Shown: positions 35,687 to 37,879 of the stretch, piece after piece
Numbering within the stretch: position 1 is the stretch's first letter
Layout of the letters: every line of letters begins with the position of its first letter
NCBI GenBank assembly: GCA_964470665.1
Contig: CAYYDS010000002.1
Span: 1-37,879, forward strand
Length of the DNA: 37,879 nt
Direction of reading: 5' to 3'
Source of the DNA: an uncultured Lentimicrobiaceae bacterium
GTDB taxonomy: Bacteria > Bacteroidota > Bacteroidia > Bacteroidales > F082
Translations under genes and position numbers: made by a program
Notes under the pieces: model-generated
The model's database searches: none
What the model saw: the letters and a program-made list of their open reading frames with translations, nothing else
What the model was told of the DNA's origin: nothing

Positions 35687-37879
35687 ATGGCAAAGTGTAT
35701 AAATTTAAAAACAAGTAACCCAGAGATTAAAAAAATATATGATGAATATTTTACAGATCTTGATTCTTATAATCCAAGTACTGTAAAAAGTTATATTGAT
35801 GCTGTTGGGAGTAAAACAAAAATTAAGGATAAAATTGCTATTTATAACAATATCCGTTCTGATCAAAATATTAATAGTAACTTTAAACATTTTACTAATT
35901 CTGATTGAATTGATGTTATAAACTATGCTCTCGATGTAAATACTAAATATGAGTCTTTACAAATAAATGATAATATAACTTTTGAAAATAAAGATTATAA
36001 GTTTTTTTCAAGTAATATAGTTAAAACTAAATTTCTTAAAAAATTACATAAAAGTTTAATTAATATAACTTATTTTAAATATGGTACAATTGCTCCTGTT
36101 ATATCTAATTCTGATTTAACAAAAAGTATTAATGCTTGAAAAACAACATTAATGAATAAATTGAAAACAGAATTAAAGATTGAACACTTAGATGATAGGA
36201 GTGCGTTGATATACAGTAAATTGTTTTTAAAAGAAGCTAATTTAAAAAATATTTCTTCTGATTTAGCTGATCCTACAATAACTTGAGCTGAAGCAGCTTA
36301 TATATTACATAATTTTGATAAAATTATTAGAGATACTAAATTTATTACTAAAAACGGAAATGCGTATTCTTTTGAACGAAAGGTTTTAGAAAAATCTTAT
36401 TATGATAATGAGACAGCTATGTCTACATCTACTCCTCAATATTTAAAAAATTATATTGAATCATTAATATTAGACGATGATTGAACAACTATGAGTATGC
36501 AAAATTTAAATGATATTAGTAGAATATTATCTAATTTAATTAATAGTAACACTTCATTTTGAAATGAGGAGGATGAAATCGATAATACTAAAACTTTTGG
36601 ATCTGATACAATAAGTATTCAAGATAAAATGCATCAATTGTATCACTATTCTGATAAATATTTTATTAAAGAAAAATCATTGATAAAAGCAATGCAAACA
36701 CTATATCACGCTGTTTATTCTCCATATGAAGACGATAACTCATTATGATATAGATATAATAAATATTATAAAAATAATGAAACAAATTGAGGAGAATTAC
36801 CTTGAAATTTATATGATATTGTTTCTAAGCATTTACTTACTTCTAAAGCAATAGTTTATACAGAAAGTTTATATGATAAAGAATCAAATACAAACACACT
36901 AGTTAAATCTGATTTTAAAGCTATTGATAAAAGAGTTAAACAACTTAGACGAAGTATTCAAGGATCTTTGTTTTTAGAATCTAATATTAAAGAAAAAGAA
37001 AATGAATTAGAAATAAAATTATCTTCTGACAAATCTATTGTTATTAAAAATAAAAAAATATTATATAACAATAATCCATTAACAACTAATGAAAGTGATT
37101 ATGATATTTGAAAATATATTTTTTCTGATGTTATTGGTCAAAATTTTTCTACAGAACAATTAAGAGATCTTTTTAGTTGAGAAGGCTTAACAAACTATAC
37201 TAATGCTTCAAATCAATTAAATTTGATATATGATTTAGTAATTTCTTCATATATATCTAAACAAGCACTTAATAATAATCAAGTATTGACAATAAGTGAA
37301 ATAAAAGATGCTTTAAATAATAATAAATTTATTAATGATAATATAAAAAAGGGATATAGAAATAGTACTCAAATAAATAGTATTAGTTCTCAAATAAATA
37401 GTATTATAAATTATATAGCTTATTCATTACAAAAAACAGATAATATTCCGCTTGATTCGTTTTTTATAAATGCTAAAAAAGATAATATTGCTAGAGATAG
37501 AGTTAGAAATGTTGCTTTAGAAGCTCCTCAAATAATGAGAAAAACTATATCAAATTTGGGGTTAGATAAAAATATATTTAGTGATTTATTAAATAATCCT
37601 ACACATGGTAAAGATTGAGGATTACATTTAATGGGGTATATACAAAATAATTCAGGATATAGTAAATCTGTACAAAAATTATCATTATCTGAATCTTGAT
37701 ATAATAATTTTGTTGAAAATTTTGTAAAGTTATATACTAACGATAATACAATGAATAATAACATTATATCTAAAATGTTATTTTTTCAACCAACGGTATA
37801 TGCTGATAAAGGTAATATTTTTAAAATCCCTCTTACTTTTGATTTTTTAGATAGTGTTGGATTAAATTTAAATGATAAA
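35687..37879 (+). CDS. 5' part of another giant protein (at least 731 aa, runs off right edge)
   Basis: ATG 35687. Frame 2 joins track ORFs 35687..35908 and 37223..37618 through about 12 TGA codons. Still open at the last codon, 37877-37879. No recognisable motifs. Confidence 0.8.

Noticed and set aside
1592-37764. All minus-strand ORFs in the track (e.g. 1592-1801, 3960-4232, 7258-7593, 17174-17434, 20238-20582, 23205-23513, 26749-27045, 29573-29824, 37528-37764)
   Set aside because: Each lies wholly antisense to a long, coherent + strand gene. They are short and have low-complexity Leu/Ser/Phe/Ile-rich translations typical of the reverse complement of AT-rich coding DNA. None has its own expression signals.
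10625-37879. Reading the fragmented ORFs as pseudogenes or a degraded prophage
   Set aside because: The interruptions are exclusively TGA, always in frame, with no frameshifts and no TAA/TAG. Decay would give a mix of stops and indels.
1-37879. TGA = Gly (code 25, Gracilibacteria/Absconditabacteria type) instead of Trp
   Set aside because: TGA sits in aromatic/hydrophobic contexts and on the conserved Trp of the DUF192 FWMK motif. Gly is encoded normally by GGN throughout. An alignment-based check is still advisable.
1-37879. CRISPR arrays, rRNA genes, IS elements, integrase or att-like long repeats
   Set aside because: I saw no regularly spaced direct repeats, rRNA-like segments or transposase/integrase-like ORFs. 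The only repeats are the short in-frame tandem arrays and the promoter and leader motifs listed above.

Overview
AT-rich 37.9 kb window with every credible gene on the + strand. It reads as the late (lysis-like, head, tail and giant internal-protein) region of a tailed phage. The main result is that the standard-code ORF track is misleading. Almost every + strand ORF ends at TGA and the next one resumes in the same frame. I read all the gaps by hand and found only TGA in frame, never TAA or TAG. With TGA read as Trp (translation table 4), about 60 fragments merge into 25 tightly packed genes that all end in TAA or TAG. These include ORFs of 1038, 1493, 685, 1246, 609 and 2927 aa, plus one of at least 731 aa that runs off the right edge. 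Non-coding signals I can support: two promoters with identical Bacteroidota-type geometry (TTTG-N20-TAnnTTTG) sharing a downstream AATGTTTAAT box; three intrinsic-terminator hairpins, each directly after a TGA-free and probably abundant gene; A/T-only leaders without Shine-Dalgarno motifs. Recognisable protein content: a DUF192 domain, with a TGA on its conserved FWMK Trp; an SF1-helicase-like P-loop domain buried in the 2927-aa ORF; a major-capsid-sized gene preceded by an acidic coiled-coil scaffold-like gene; three small membrane proteins that look like a lysis cassette; and Gly/Ala-rich hydrophobic segments in the giant proteins, as in ejected internal proteins. The layout and promoter type resemble crAss-like (Crassvirales) or other Bacteroidota phages, but that is inference from memory without a homology search. 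I found no tRNA, rRNA, CRISPR array, transposase, integrase, portal or terminase in this window. Product names are low confidence; gene boundaries under code 4 are much firmer.
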